Positions 24,110-35,880 of a stretch of DNA of 64,000 nt are shown here, piece after piece. The notes under the pieces were generated by a model. It worked only from the letters and a program-made list of their open reading frames with translations. It was not told where the DNA came from and searched no databases. Position 1 is the stretch's first letter; each line of letters opens with the position of its first letter. The stretch lies in contig NC_091473.1 of assembly GCF_036971445.1 (NCBI RefSeq), positions 208,258,001 through 208,322,000 of the forward strand. The letters run 5' to 3'. The position numbers and the translations under genes are program-made. This DNA is from Narcine bancroftii. Its lineage: Eukaryota.

Positions 24110-25262
24110 GTGGTGTGCAAACTATTAGAGAGGATTCTTACGGATAGGATCTATGAGCATATGGAGAAGTACAGTCTACTCAAGGATAGCGTGGCTTTGT
24201 GAAGGGAAGGTTGTGCCTCACAACTCTAATTTGAATTTTTTGAGGCACTAACAAAAGAAATTTATGAGGATGAGTTGATGTAGTCTATATGGATTTTAGT
24301 AAGGCATTTGACAAGGTTCCCCTTGAGATACTAGTTCAGAAAGTCCAGGCATGGGTTGACTTGCAATTGATAGTTGTACTGGAAGGAAAGTATTCTGCCT
24401 GGAGGTCTGTTCTGGGACCCCTGCTCTTTGTGATTTTCATAAATGATCTGGATGAAGAGGTAGAAGGATGGGTCAGTAAGTTTGCAGATGAAATGAGGGG
24501 ATGGAGTTAATTTGGACACGTGTGAAGTGATGCATTTTGGAAGAACAAACCGGAAGGCTGAGTATAGAATTAATGGTTGGTTGCTTAAGAGTGTGGATGA
24601 GCAAAGGGATCTTGGGGGTCCAGTTCCATACATCCCTCGCTACTTTGGTTGATTGGATAGTTCAGAAGGCTTATGGTATCCTGGGCTTCATTAGTTGGGG
24701 AATTGAGTTCAAGAGTAGAGAGGTCATGTTGCAACTCTACAAATCTCTCCTTACAGGAAGGATGTGGAAGCTATGGAGAGGGTGCAGAGGAGATTTACCA
24801 GAATGTTGCCTGAATTGCAAAATTAGTTTTATGAGGCAAGGTTATCAGAGCTGGGAATTTTCCCTTTGGAATGTAGAAGGATGAGAGGAGACTTAATAGA
24901 GGTCCACAAGATTATGAGAGACATAGATAGGGTGGACAGTCTGTGCCTGTTTCCCAGGGCAGAAATAGGAAGCACCAGAGGACATATGTACAAAGTGAAA
25001 CGAGGGAAGTTTAGGGGAGATTTCAGGGGTAAGTTTTTTTATGCAGAGAGTTGTGGGTGACAGGAATGCCTTGCCAGGGATGGTGGTGTAGGCTGAAAAA
25101 TTTGGGGCATTTAAGAGACTCGTAGACATGCACATGGATGGAAGAAAAATAGAGGGTTACGAGGTAAGGAGGGATTAGAACTTTTTTTTTTAAGGAATAA
25201 ATGGGTGGTCACAACAGAGGGAGGAGGAGCCTGTACTGTGCTGTAGTGTTCTATGTTCTATA
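24110..25262 (+). mobile_element. 5'-truncated CR1 LINE (RT to 3' tail)
   Basis: MDFSKAFDKVP, VLGPLLFVIFINDLD, SKFAD; tail gtgttctatgttcta. Confidence 0.85.
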
Positions 25263-25844
25263 TCCGTCTCATCCTTGGACCTATCCAAATTTTTCTTAAA
25301 TGTCAAAATCAGGCCTGAGGGAAGAAAGTCATTCTCCTTGGCTTTTGCCAGATGACCTCTTTTCTGAGAACCTGTGGTGAGAGGAAGCATCCTCTTCACA
25401 TTGACATTGCCTCTCTTTGCTCAAGATCCACCACTGCGAGTCCGATCTGTCCAGTGCCCCCCATAGCACACCCTTCCCCTCGGAACCTGACTGACCCTAC
25501 GGCAAGTGTGGAGGCTGGATCTGCAGGATGGTCATGTTGGTCTAGAGTTCAGGGTTTACAGATCCCTGGTTTGAGCTCATCAATAATTGGATCAGCTGAG
25601 GTGATGCTCTGGAGTCAACAGGGGTCCTGACCCCGAGACATTGACCAAGCCTTTTCCTCCAAAGGGCTGCTGAGTTCCTCCAGCACTCGGCTATTTGCTG
25701 CTGATCACCGAGCCAGCAGGTAGCCATTGGACGAGCAGAAGCAACAGTCCAATGTTGAGGAAATAGTAAAAAAATAAGAGGGCCTCTGAGAGTGGGGAAG
25801 ACCTCACCCTTTCCCTTTGTGGAGGGTTGAATCGAGACTCAGAG

Positions 25845-26200
25845 TTTATTATCATCAGACTGTACTTGTATAACCAGGTGACACAGTGTTACTCCAGTCC
25901 ATAGCCCATGCACAATGCACATCACATTATATAAAATAAATATATATAAATATTTTAGGATGATTTACTCGGTTACAGGATATTGTTCCTTAATCTCACA
26001 GCCTGGGAGGGGGGGGAGGGGGGGGGAGCTGTTTCCCAGTCTCCCAGTCCTGATTTTGATGCTCCTGTACCTTCTTCCTGATGGTAATGGATCAGCGGTC
26101 CTGTGTAATGGGTAGTAGGGATCCTTGATATTTCTTTGGACCCTATTTAAGCAAGGCTCCTGGTGAATGTCGGACTGAGAGTAGAGATGGATCCAGTCGG
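25845..26200 (-). mobile_element. Rex1 3' fragment
   Basis: DPLPSGRRYRSIKIRTGRLGNS on - strand. Confidence 0.7.
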
Positions 26201-26479
26201 AGGATGGCAATCCTATGGATTTTGGGTGGTACAGTGAGTGTAGCAGTCAGGGCCTGCAACCTGTGTTCAGATCCGGTACACTCAGTAAGAAGTTTGTGCT
26301 TTTTCCTGTGACCTGCTTGGATTATCACATTTAATTCTGGTTGCCTCATTACAGGAAGGGAGTCAGTGCTTTGGAGAGGTTGTGGGGGATATTTACCAGG
26401 ATGTTGCCTTGATTGGAAAACATGTCGTATGAATCAAGGAGTGATGGAGGATAAGAAGTATAAAAGATTATGAGTTGCA

Positions 26480-27697
26480 GTTGGAGGTGGGGTGAGTGGC
26501 TGGTGATTGGTGAGTACGAGTATTTGACTGTTTAAAAATGGCACGGAGGGCAAAGAGTTAAGCTGAGCGTTGATTTGTGGGAGCGAGTAATTGGATAATT
26601 GAGTTAATTGGCAGTGACCAAAGGAGGTGTAGCTGAAGGAGCAGCCCAGTGAGTGAGTGGCCTAGTAAAGGAGTGGAGCTTGAAGCTTTGGTGAGCAGAG
26701 GCTGAGAAAGAGTGAGCTTGCTTGCTAGCTACCAGAGAGGTAAGATCAGGTGAGGTAATTTAAATCCTTTAAGATAATGGAGTCGGCTAGGGCAGTGGAC
26801 TGCTCCATTTGCGGAATGTGGGACAGTTACAGTTCCTTACAAACTGAGTTAGGGTTAACTGCAGATCTTGAGAGAGGTAGAGGTAGTTGCAGACAGGTGT
26901 GTCAGGGAGGAGGTCACCCTAAAATCCAGGAGGTGCAAGGGGAAGATGCAGACAGTGCAGAGTACCCCTGTGGCTGTTCCAATCAACAACAGATATACTG
27001 TTGGTGGAGACAACCAAACAGGGACAAGTTGAGGTAGTAATGTCTCCAGCGCAGAGGCTGCCCTCGCCCCCACCCTGACTCAGAAGGGAAGGGCGAGAAG
27101 AGGAAAGCGATGGTGATTGGGGACTTGTTGGTTAGACAAGTGGATAGAGGGTTCTGTGAACGAGATCGAGGCTTCCAGATGATATGTTGCCTCCCAGATG
27201 CCAGGGTCAGGGATGTCTCTGATCGAGTTTATAGCATTCTGGAGGGAGAGAGTGAGCATGCAGGGACCAATGACATAGAGAGGAGTAGGGATGATGTCTT
27301 GAAGAGGGAATACAGGGAGTTATTAAGGAAGTTAAAAAGCAAGACCTCAAAGGTGGTAATCTCAGGCCACACGTCAAAGAGGGTAGGAACAGGAAGTTAT
27401 GGCAGATAAATGAGTGGCTGAAGAGTTGGTGCAGGGGGTATGGGTTCAGATTTGTGAATCATTGGGATCTCTTCTGGGGAAGGATGGACTTCTTCAAAAA
27501 AGACAGGCTACACCTGAACTGGAGAGGGACCAATATCCTGGCAGGCAGGTTTGCTAGAGCTGTTGCAGAGGGTTTAAATTAGTTTGGCAGGGGATGGGAA
27601 TCAGAATGTGAGTGCAGAGATTAGGGTAGAAGGGAACTAGGGTGTTAGGGCCAAGAAAGAGGAAAATAGAACAGTCAAAAATAATGTGCAGCAAAGA
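26480..27697 (+). mobile_element. Outer CR1, piece 1 (5'UTR + ORF1 zinc-finger/SGNH esterase)
   Basis: MESARAVDCSICGMW; VIGDLLVR...MICCLPDARVRDVS...GTNDI; HWDLFWGR. Confidence 0.8.
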
Positions 27698-29191
27698 TTT
27701 TTTTTAAACTTTATTTATTCATTCAAAAAACAAATAATATGACATATACAATTAACCATAAACATGAATGTTATTTTTTTATATATATAAAAAAAGAGAA
27801 AAGAAAAGAACCCCCCCCCCTTCAGCCAACTCTCCTAAGGAGAGCCATAAAGAAAGAAAAAAATATTAAAGAAAAATTAAATATACATATTAAGATCTAA
27901 TCAATGTAAATTGAAATGTAAATATTCTAAATATAATGACCACTTACTAATAAAAAATTATAATTATCACACGAAACATACATAATTTTTTCCATTATTA
28001 AACAATATTTCATCTCATTATGCCATTTATTAATATCAATCATATTTATATCTTTCCACATACTAGCAATACATTTTTTCGCTACAGATAAAGCTAAATA
28101 TACAAAAGCAAGCTGAAACTTATCTAATCCCAAGCCTTTCAAAGGTTGCAAACTAATCAATAAAAATACTGTTGGATCTAAAACTATTTTAATCTTATAC
28201 AGATATTCTAAAAACGATTGAATTTTCTTCCAAAAAGATTGTATATGTATACATGACCAAACGGCATGAAAAAAAGTTCCAACTGTATCACCATATCTAA
28301 AACACAAGTCTGATTCATGAAAACCATACTTTTAAAATTTTTCAGGTGTTAAATATAATTGATGTAAAAAATTATAGTTAATCATTACATAGCGTGCATT
28401 TATCAATCTAGTTACAATATCATAACAAATATCTAACCAATCATCTTTGGAAAAAATAAAACCAGTATCCGCTTCCCATTTACTTTCAGATCTATCCCAA
28501 CCCTTTTTATCCATACCATCCTGTAATATTTGATACACAGATGAAATATAACCCTCCTTTGGTACCTTCATAAGAAAAGTCTCAAATTTAGACATTTCAG
28601 GTAAAATTATATCTCTACCAAACATACATCCTACCAAAGATTGAGTTGGATAATATAAAAACAAAGAATTCTTATCAATACCAAAATCTTCCCTCATCTG
28701 ATTACCCTCTTTTAAACAATCTCCCAAATTTTTCACACCTTTAAATCTCCAATGCAATAAACTTCGATTATGTATTGAAAAAGGAGTAAGTTGATTATTA
28801 TACAACGGAGTCAAAGCCGATAATTTACCCCTAGAGCCTGTCATTTTATTTTTCTTTATCCATAAATGCATTACATGTTTTATTATAGGCACATTATATT
28901 GGTGTAACAAATTTATATTCCATCTAAACAAAAATTGATGTATTTCAAATTCAGAAATATTTGCCATCTCAATTTTGGCCCAACTAGAAGGCTGTACCAA
29001 ATACATCAATGAACTAATAAATTTAAGTTGGGCTGCTTCATAATAATTTTGAAAATGTGGTAAACGTAATCCCCCTAACTCATATTTCCAAGTTAATTTA
29101 TTCAAAGTCACTCTCGAAAATTTACCTCTCCATAAAAACTCCCTAAACATTTTATTCAAATCTCGAAAAAAAATATTATCAATTAAATACA

Positions 29192-29911
29192 TGTCTTGTG
29201 TAAACTTGTACCTCTCATTTTGTTCATTTTAGATTGGTCACAGTGTTTGAGCTACTGAAAGAAAATAGACACACACACCGAGAGCAGTTCAGTTTATACA
29301 AATGTTTATTACAAATTCAAAAACTGATTTCAAACTACAATATGCAAGCCCTTCCCAACTATACTTATCAACGCCTGGACTGGTCCCAACTGCCGAAGCG
29401 AGGCAACAACTGCACACTTCTAGTAGGTTGTCAGGGCGCCGGTAGTAGCTCTTCCACCTCCCTCGACCGGGACGTTGGCTGGACTCCAGAAGTAGTTCTT
29501 CTTGCTGAGAGATGTTGCCACCTCTCAGAGAGTCTCAAACTTCAGCAGCGGGACCATGGCTTATATTACCCAAAAACTGCTTACCCAAGCACCTATTCCC
29601 AGCACAGCAAGAAAGATAAGCGAGCAAGCTAGCATGTTAGGCTTCTATCAAATAACATAATTTTCAGCTTATCACTTTGAATACAATGGTTTATTTTGCA
29701 TCAAGGCTTGGCCTCTGACAGTCTGTGACCAAAACAAGCAGGAAGATTAAATGTTCTTGGTACACAGATGTCCTTTCGTCAGATAACAGCATCTCTGGCC
29801 TCTCGGTGGAATTTAGCTTATGTCTGCTGATTCTAAAAACAAGCAGGTTCTCAGCCTTGCAGAAGCAAAGGCTGCAAAATTAAAAAAACACGGTTAGAAT
29901 CTTCCATTACA
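29192..29911 (-). repeat. 3' LTR of provirus A (720 bp)
   Basis: Direct repeat of 35165-35880; preceded on - strand by PPT AAGGGGTGGAA (29912-29922). Confidence 0.95.
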
Positions 29912-29934
29912 TTCCACCCCTTGGTCACAGGCTG

Positions 29935-30350
29935 TCAGACACGAGATTTGACAAGCATAAGAGTACAAAAAGAGCGTGAAAGTAAAATCAAAACTACAAA
30001 AATAAGCAATAAAGTGAGCAACCAACGAAGAATAGTGTGGCTCAACCACCAGCTAACCATGAAAAAGGATTCAAACTATCCTTGTGTGCCACAATACCCA
30101 GACACTGGAGCTCACAAACAGATTTTGAAACATGCTGAACAATAACATATTTATATAAGATGAACTTGAGGCGGGTGACCGAGGACTTCCTTGATGTAAT
30201 GCATCGGACCGTGTTTCCCATGGGCAACTCCCTCGGAACGTCCTCGACATTACAAATCCAATTTTTGGCACCAAAGCAGCTGTTAAGCCAGATCACCAGG
30301 AGCGTAAAACGCAGGACCTGGAACAAAGAAGCCTGACATATGTCACTCAC
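29935..30350 (-). pseudogene. Short env-like remnant / small membrane-protein ORF of provirus A
   Basis: Acceptor-like tctttgttccag|; hydrophobic leader VLRFTLLVIWLNSCFGA; after a frameshift LNPFSWL then TM-like ILRWLLTLLLIFVVLILL. Confidence 0.55.
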
Positions 30351-33310
30351 GATGCCGTAAGCGTTCAGTGTTTAAACAAACTAAATCATCCTGTCCCTCA
30401 ATAGCTACCCACTGAGTGTTACCTTGGGCAGGTGTCACTATTTCTCCTTTTACAGCAGGGCCACTACCTGATGGTGCCGCCCATACTTTTTGTCCGGCAT
30501 TCTCTAGTTCAGGAGTGGGAGGCAATGACTGTTTTTCCTCTGGAATAGGCTGTAATTCAGAAGCGTGAAGAAGTCGGTGGAAAGGTCTACCTCCTTTTAA
30601 AGGGCAATGATTCAAATTGTCGACTGCCCGCTGCAGCACATGGCACCACCCCTTCAGAGTCCCCAGTGGTGTTAACAAACGAATTTGTTCCTTCAGTAAG
30701 CCGTTCATTCGTTCAACTAACCCAGCAGCCTGCGGGTAATAAGGAATATGGTGAACCCATAAGATACCTTTGTCATTTGCCCAATCACAGATTGCCTTCC
30801 CAGAGAAGTGCGAGCCATTATCAGACTGAATCTCCTCTGGAACATCATAACGAGAAATTAAATGGTTTAGTCCTTGGATAGTACTAGCTTGGTCAGCCGT
30901 CTTGGTGGGAAAAGCAAAAACCAGGCCCGAAAAGGTGTCAACCATTACGAGGACGTAATGTTTACCCATACAGTCTGGCATGGGGCCTATGTAATTAATT
31001 TGCCAGACCGCAGCTGAGCGAGTACCCCGTTTTATTCGGCCATGTGGACCAGAAGGAACGGTGCGGGACTTTACAAGCTGACATGCTGGGCATGTACGCA
31101 CGACCATGCGGACATCATCCTGATGGACGGGTAAAGCATGTGTACGGGCCCACATAGCTGATCCCTTCTCCCCAAATGGCCACTCTGTTCATGTGCCCAT
31201 CGAGCCAGGGGGACGGTATCGGCGCGGCTGATCTGCTACTGTATTATGTTGTGCCATGTTAGTCGCCACATTGGTATGGGCATCACCGTGATATACGGTT
31301 ATCTCACGATAATGGGAAGCATCCCACAACAACTGCCACAACTGTTTTCCCCATACTGGGCAGTCATGTGTCAGCCAGTCGTTCTTTTGCCAATCAGGCA
31401 TCCATACCACGTCCATTAGCCACAGCCCAGAAATCAGTAAACAGGTGAAGAGGGTGATCATGGGGGTCTAGTGGTAAAGTGACTGCCTTCAACTCAGCAT
31501 ACTGACTGGAGCCACCATCCCCCTCCTCCAATAAGTGAGTTCCTGACTTGGGATGGTAAGCCACCACCTTCCACTTTTGTTTTCCTTGCACCCACCGGCT
31601 GCTACCATCAGTAAACCAGGCGTCTGTAATGGAGGATTTAGACCAGCTTATGAAAGAAGGGATGCAGTTGCATCAGAAGACATAATCTCAATTCCACTAT
31701 GAGGCCCAGGATGCATATTTAGTACCAAAATTCCACTATGGGGCACAGGATGCAGTTGAATAGGAAGGCATTATCTAATTTACATTTATGAGGCCCAGAG
31801 CAGTTTACATTTGTTGGTCACAGACTGTCAGGAGACCTTGAAGATAATTAAACCATTTGTTCAAAGAGATAGGATTTGAGGTAAACAACTTTTGGGGTGA
31901 TATGAGCCATGGTCCCACTGCTGAAGTGAGAGACTCTCCAAGAGGTGGCAACATCTCTCAGCAAGAGGAAGATAATAAACCATTTGTTCAAAGAAATAAG
32001 ATCTGAAGTAAACAACTTTTGGGTAATATAAGCCCTGGTCCCACTGCTGAAGAGAGACTCTCCAAGAGGTGGCAACATCTCTCAGCAAGAAGAAGAACTT
32101 CAAGATTCCAAACCGATGTCCCGGTCCGGGGAGGTGGAGAAACTGCTACCGGTGCCCAGACAACCTACTACAAGTGTGCAGTCGTCGGCTCGCTTTGGCA
32201 GTTGGGACCAGTCCAGGCATTGATAAGTATAATTGGGAAGGGCTTGCATATTGTCGTGTGAATTCAGCTTTAGAAAGTGACTGCCTTCAACTCAGCATAC
32301 TGACTGGAGCCACCATCCCCCTCCTCCGATAAGTAAGTTCCTGTCTTGGGATGGTAAGCCACTGCCTTCCACTTTTGTTTTCCTTGCACCCACCGGCTGC
32401 TACCATCAGTAAACCAGGCGTCCTCTTGTTCTGCTTCCTATACCATCTCTTCTGTGGCCCCTTGGATCATCACATCATCGATATAATGGTGAATTGAGAG
32501 GGAAGGCGATACTGGCACCATCTCCAAATCACGGGCAATTAGGCTATGGCAAATAGTGGGAGAGTGTACATAGCCCTGAGGGAGGCGCCCCTTCCAGGTA
32601 AAGGTGAACTGATCCTGTGAGACCTCAGCTATAAGAATACAGAAGAAGGCATTAGCGAGATCAATGACAGCATACCATGTTCCTGAGTTCCCAGTAGCAA
32701 TGTTTTCAATAAGGGTAACAATATCCGGAACTGCCGAAGCAAGTGGTGGGCATGTTTGTTCAAAAAACGATAGTCAACTGTCATTTTCCAGGAGCCATCC
32801 GGCTTCTGGACCAGCCAAACAGGGCTATTAAAGGGTGACATTGCGGGCCTCACTACCCCTTCTTCTTGCAAAGCATCGATGGTGGCAGTAATCACTCCCT
32901 GCGCCCCAGGGAGGCGATATTGTGAAATGCACACTGATTTCATGGGGGGTGGCACCATCACAGGATCCCACTTAGCCTGACCCACTACTAGTCTTTTTGT
33001 AATAGTTCGAATTCCAAATGCAAATTCCCCTTGGCTAGTATTAAGGGCCATACCGGCCAACATATTACAACCCAGGATACACTTGTCAGTGGCAGCCACC
33101 AGGACATTTAACCATACAGTGGAAGGGCTATCACCCACCGTGACACGGACTTTTATTTCCTTTGCCAGGGTGACCGCTCCTCCCTTTATTTGAAATGTTG
33201 GTCCAGTCCAGAGGTCGGGGTTACCTGGAATCACCGAGTGCGGAGCACTCGGTCATTACCCCACCCCAATGGACTGTTAACGGTATGTAGGGCCGTGGGT
33301 CCCCGTGTAT
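30343..33310 (-). pseudogene. pol: Provirus A pro-pol (protease, RT, RNase H, integrase), disrupted
   Basis: SPFNSPVWLVQKPDGSWKMTVDYR, LPQGY.HSP, YIDD, WFTDGSS, SSQYAELKAV; integrase CPAC, WQINYIGP, QSDNGSHF, GLVERMNG (ORF 30343-31155). Confidence 0.9.
31625..32273 (+). mobile_element. Inverted, 3'-truncated LTR of a related family inside the provirus A RNase H region
   Basis: Begins TGTAATGGAGGATT (provirus A LTR begins TGTAATGGAAGATT); ~31880-32273 is the reverse-orientation homolog of the LTR; internal ~128-bp tandem duplication. Confidence 0.85.
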
Positions 33311-35135
33311 CCGCCGTATCTCAATGGAGTAGATACGGGAACCCTGCCCACACCTTCATGCTTTAGTAGGGTTCGGGGGCTTCCAGGCCCACATGCCTCT
33401 ATAATCCATAAGAGCCTTGTTAACCATTTGTTGTATCTCATCACGGGTAACTGGAGCAGGAGAAGCCGGCTCGATAGAAGCAGCAGTGGGAGCAGAAGGC
33501 ACAGCTGGGCCAGGAGGACTCAGCAGCTGGTGATGATGTTCCCCTGCTTTTCTCTTATAAAGGGCATAAAGGACCACAGTAGGTTTCCCATCAATATCAC
33601 TTTGAGGTACGCCTAACTAACAAGGTGAGAAAAAGGTCCTTTCTTGTCGGTCCATTATTACCAGCAGACCCTCTCTTTTCATCCTGCTTGTCTGATTTAC
33701 CCTGGGTTGTACATGAATGGATTTTACCTCCCAACTCTAATTCTCTAAGCCCAGATAAGGCGTCCACCGCCTCAGACACAGGGTCCCCAATTAGCGGACT
33801 AGTTACAGACAGAACCAGTCCCCGTACAGTGGGTTGTGCGGAACGAACCAATCTGGTATGCATTCCAGCCGTGAATATCTCTTCATCAGGGCTCCCCCCA
33901 TGTACCCATAGCCTCAAACGCCCTGCATACAAGGCAGAGGCCAGGGCCTGTTGACGAATTACTGCTATACCCTCCTCTGGGGTTCCCCAATTATTCTGCA
34001 AATGTAAATCCCAATCTACTGGTGATGCGTAGCAGGGCATCCCCTGGAGTAGTAAGTAAGTAATCCACCTCTCTCCCTCTACCCCGTAACTCAGCAGTGA
34101 CACAGATATCAGTAGTCAATGTTCCTAATCCCAACAATTCTTCAGGGGTTAAAAATACATTACCCCCCCCCCCCCCCACCGTTCCCAGACACGCAGGAGC
34201 CAGGCTGCCAGAGTTTCTCCTGCCTTTTGCCTAAATCGATCTCCAATGGCAGCCTGCTCTTTTATAGAGAAGTCAAGTGTCATTGACTGCTTCTGACCCC
34301 TATTCCCACTTTGGCCCGCAAGGCCCTCCACCCAGTCTAGGGGAGGAGGTCAAGACCATCCCGTAGAGGGAGTAGGCCATAGAGCATAAGCAGGGGTTTG
34401 GGTATTTTCCTCTGGGTTCACGTGGGAGACCGGGGTATCTATCCCTTCAATCTCTACCCTTACATCATCCCCCCTTCCATCTGTTTGGGAAGTCTGCTGC
34501 CTTATGGGGCGGGCGTTAACAGCAGGTGGAGAGGGTAGTATGTTAGACACATGCTGAGGAGTATCTGCATTATTACCATTGTCATTCCAGATATTCCCAT
34601 CCCAATCATCAATTACATCAGGATCATCGCCATTCCTTATCATGGCACAAATACGATATGGATCGGGTAATACTCTATGCCTTTCCTTATCTGTACAGAG
34701 CTGCTGCCGGAGTTTAATATTACGGCAGATCATTTGGACATGCTTATCCTCCCATTCTTTGGCTCGGTCCTGACTGGTGTGAACAATCTCGCTCATCATG
34801 GAACAGCGTTGTCGCATGGCTCCTAGCTCCTCCTCTAGTTGCTCTCTTTTGTGCTGAGATTCTACTTCTCTTTGAACTAAATCTGCTTCACGCTGAACGG
34901 AATGGCGTAAGGCTGTGGCCAGCAGCCAAAAACCGTCCGTCAGCGTTCCCTTTTTAACAGGAAATTTACTTTCTTGAAGGAGAGTGGCAACCCGCTCTCC
35001 CAGAGGTGCACTTGATGGGTCTAACTTCTCATCGCAACCAATGTGTGGTCCCAACAAAAACAGGGTATTGGCCAACATGCCAATCCCGGAATCAAGAACT
35101 GCTCAGGGCTCACCTCTTTCTTTCGGCAAAACATT
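33310..35135 (-). pseudogene. gag: Provirus A gag (frameshifted)
   Basis: Coiled-coil N-part; RQKAGETLAAWLLRVWE motif resembling ERV-L-type Gag; PSAP late-domain motif near the C-terminus; no CCHC knuckle seen. Confidence 0.75.
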
Positions 35136-35144
35136 TTGAGACCA

Positions 35145-35162
35145 ATCCTGCTCGCAGCGCCA
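35145..35162 (-). promoter_or_regulatory. Primer-binding site, tRNA-Ser
   Basis: TGGCGCTGCGAGCAGGAT 2 nt after the 5' LTR; complementary, with about one mismatch, to the remembered tRNA-Ser(CGA) 3' end ATCCTGCTCACAGCGCCA. Confidence 0.8.
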
Positions 35163-35164
35163 AT

Positions 35165-35880
35165 TGTCTTGGGTAAACTTGTACCTCTCACTTTGTTCGT
35201 TTTAGATTGGTCACAGTGTTTGAGCTACTGAAATAAAATAGATACACACACCATGAGCAGTTCAGTTTATACAAATGTTTATTACAAATTCAAAAGCTGA
35301 TTTCAAACTACAATATGCAAACCCTTCCCAACTATACTTATCAACGCCTGGACTGGTCCCAACTGCCGAAGCGAGGCAACGACTGCACACTTCTAGTAGG
35401 TTGTCAGGGCGCCGGTAGCAGCTTCTCCACCTCCCCCGACCGGGACGTTGACTGGACTCAAGAAGTTCTTCTTGCTGAGAGATGTTGCCACCTCTCGAAG
35501 AGTCTCAAACTTCAGCAGCGGGACCATGGCTTATATTACCCAAAAACTGCTTACCCAAGCACCTATTCCCAGCACAGCAAGAAAGATAAGCGAGCAAGCT
35601 AGCATGCTAGGCTTCTATCGAATAACATAATTTTCAGCTTATCACTTTGAATACAATGGTTTATTTTGCATCAAGGCTAGGCCTCTGACAGTCTGTGACC
35701 AAAACAAGCAGGAAGATTAAATGTTTTTGGTACACAGATGTCCTTTCATCAGATAACTGCATCTCTGGCCCCTCGGTGGAATTTAGCTTATGTCTGCTGA
35801 TTCTAAAAACAAGCAGGTTCTCAGCCTTGCAGAAGCAAAGGCTGCAAAATTAAAAAACGCGGTTAGAATCTTCCATTACA
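35165..35880 (-). repeat. 5' LTR of provirus A
   Basis: Direct repeat of 29192-29911; ~26 substitutions and 2 indels by eye. Confidence 0.95.

Larger units (their letters stand above)
29192..35880 (-). mobile_element. Provirus A: endogenous retrovirus, class III (ERV-S/ERV-L-like), internally deleted
   Basis: Paired TGT...ACA LTRs, tRNA-Ser PBS, PPT, gag-pro-RT-RNaseH-IN order, YIDD, 5-bp TSD. Confidence 0.9.

Noticed and set aside
29342-29632. Antisense ~96-aa ORF present in both LTRs of provirus A
   Set aside because: Shared only because LTRs are copies; the related inverted LTR has an early stop in this frame; no recognisable domain
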